Below, piece by piece: positions 63,371 through 64,000 of a DNA stretch of 64,000 nt (position 1 is its first letter; each line of letters begins with the position of its first letter). This DNA comes from Chiloscyllium plagiosum (Eukaryota), in contig NC_057737.1 in assembly GCF_004010195.1 (NCBI RefSeq), positions 8,937,420 through 9,001,419 on the forward strand. The letters are read 5' to 3'. The translations under genes and the position numbers were made by a program. The notes under the pieces are model-generated. The model ran no database searches and was not told where the DNA came from. It saw only the letters and a program-made list of their open reading frames with translations.

Positions 63371-63407
63371 TCACAAGCTTTCAGAGCGCTGCTCCTTCAT
63401 CAAGTGA
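63371..63407 (-). ncRNA. Degenerate hammerhead motif of a third Penelope-like family
   Basis: Minus strand: UCAC-UUGAUGA-A-GGAGC-AGC-GCUCU-GAAA-GC-UU-GUGA; stem I UCAC/GUGA, palindromic AGCU; C3 mutated to U. Confidence 0.5.
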
Positions 63408-63444
63408 AGAGAAAGCTCAGGGAGGGGGACAATCAGAGATAATA

Positions 63445-63785
63445 GGGTGGCATGGTGACTCAGTGGTTAGCACTGCTGCTTCACGGCACCAGGGACCCGG
63501 GTTCGATTCCAGCCTCGGGCAATTGTCTTTGTGGAGTTTGCACATTCTCCTGTGTCGGTGTGGATTTCCTCCAGTTTCCACCCATAGTCCAAAGATGTGC
63601 AGGTTAGGTGAATTGGCCATGGGAAATGACCCATTGTGTTCAGGGATGTGTGGATTTGGTGCTTTACTCGGGGGTAAATGTAAAGTAATAGGGTAGGGGA
63701 ATGGATCCGGGTGGGTCACTCTTCGGAGGGTCAGTGTGGACCGGTTGGGCCAAAGGGCCTGTTTCCACACTGTAAGGATTCTATG
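63445..63785 (+). mobile_element. HE1-like V-SINE
   Basis: Full consensus. Confidence 0.85.
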
Positions 63786-64000
63786 ATTAATAGTAAGGGA
63801 AAAGTCAGGAGTGGAACGAAATGGATTGCTTTTTGAATAGAGCTGGCACCATCTTAATGGGCCAAATGGTCTCCTTCCAAGACATTCTTTTGTAATGTTC
63901 TGCAGAGACTCAGTCAATGAAAATGTTCAAGACAGAGTGATGTAGATCTCTAGACCTGAAAGATAATGCACGATTGGAGATAATGTGGGAAAGTGGTATT

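Overview
Vertebrate genomic DNA, most likely from a shark or other elasmobranch, judged from dense HE1/V-SINE-type SINEs and CR1-type LINEs. Three genes can be rebuilt exon by exon from GT-AG splice sites and recalled similarity to human proteins. MRM3/RNMTL1 exon 1 lies on the minus strand (541-797; the rest is left of the window). GLOD4 is complete on the plus strand (9 coding exons, 3873-30482, 298 aa) and head-to-head with MRM3. MRPS23 is complete on the plus strand (5 coding exons, 41183-51441, 194 aa). Most other sequence is retroelement debris (tRNA-derived SINEs, CR1, L1/Tx1 and L2-like LINEs, Penelope-like ends), and there are three N-gaps. The most notable unannotated signal is several families of short Penelope-related inserts. 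They carry minimal hammerhead-ribozyme motifs with covarying stems, are often palindromic, and have variable-length target-site duplications. Two near-intact copies lie sense in introns. Also noted: a possible duplication of an ancestral GLOD4/MRM3 bidirectional promoter, long duplications around tiny repeat fragments, a duplicated non-repeat block and candidate unannotated exons near 57-61 kb. All homology calls come from recognition, not database searches, and repeat boundaries are approximate.
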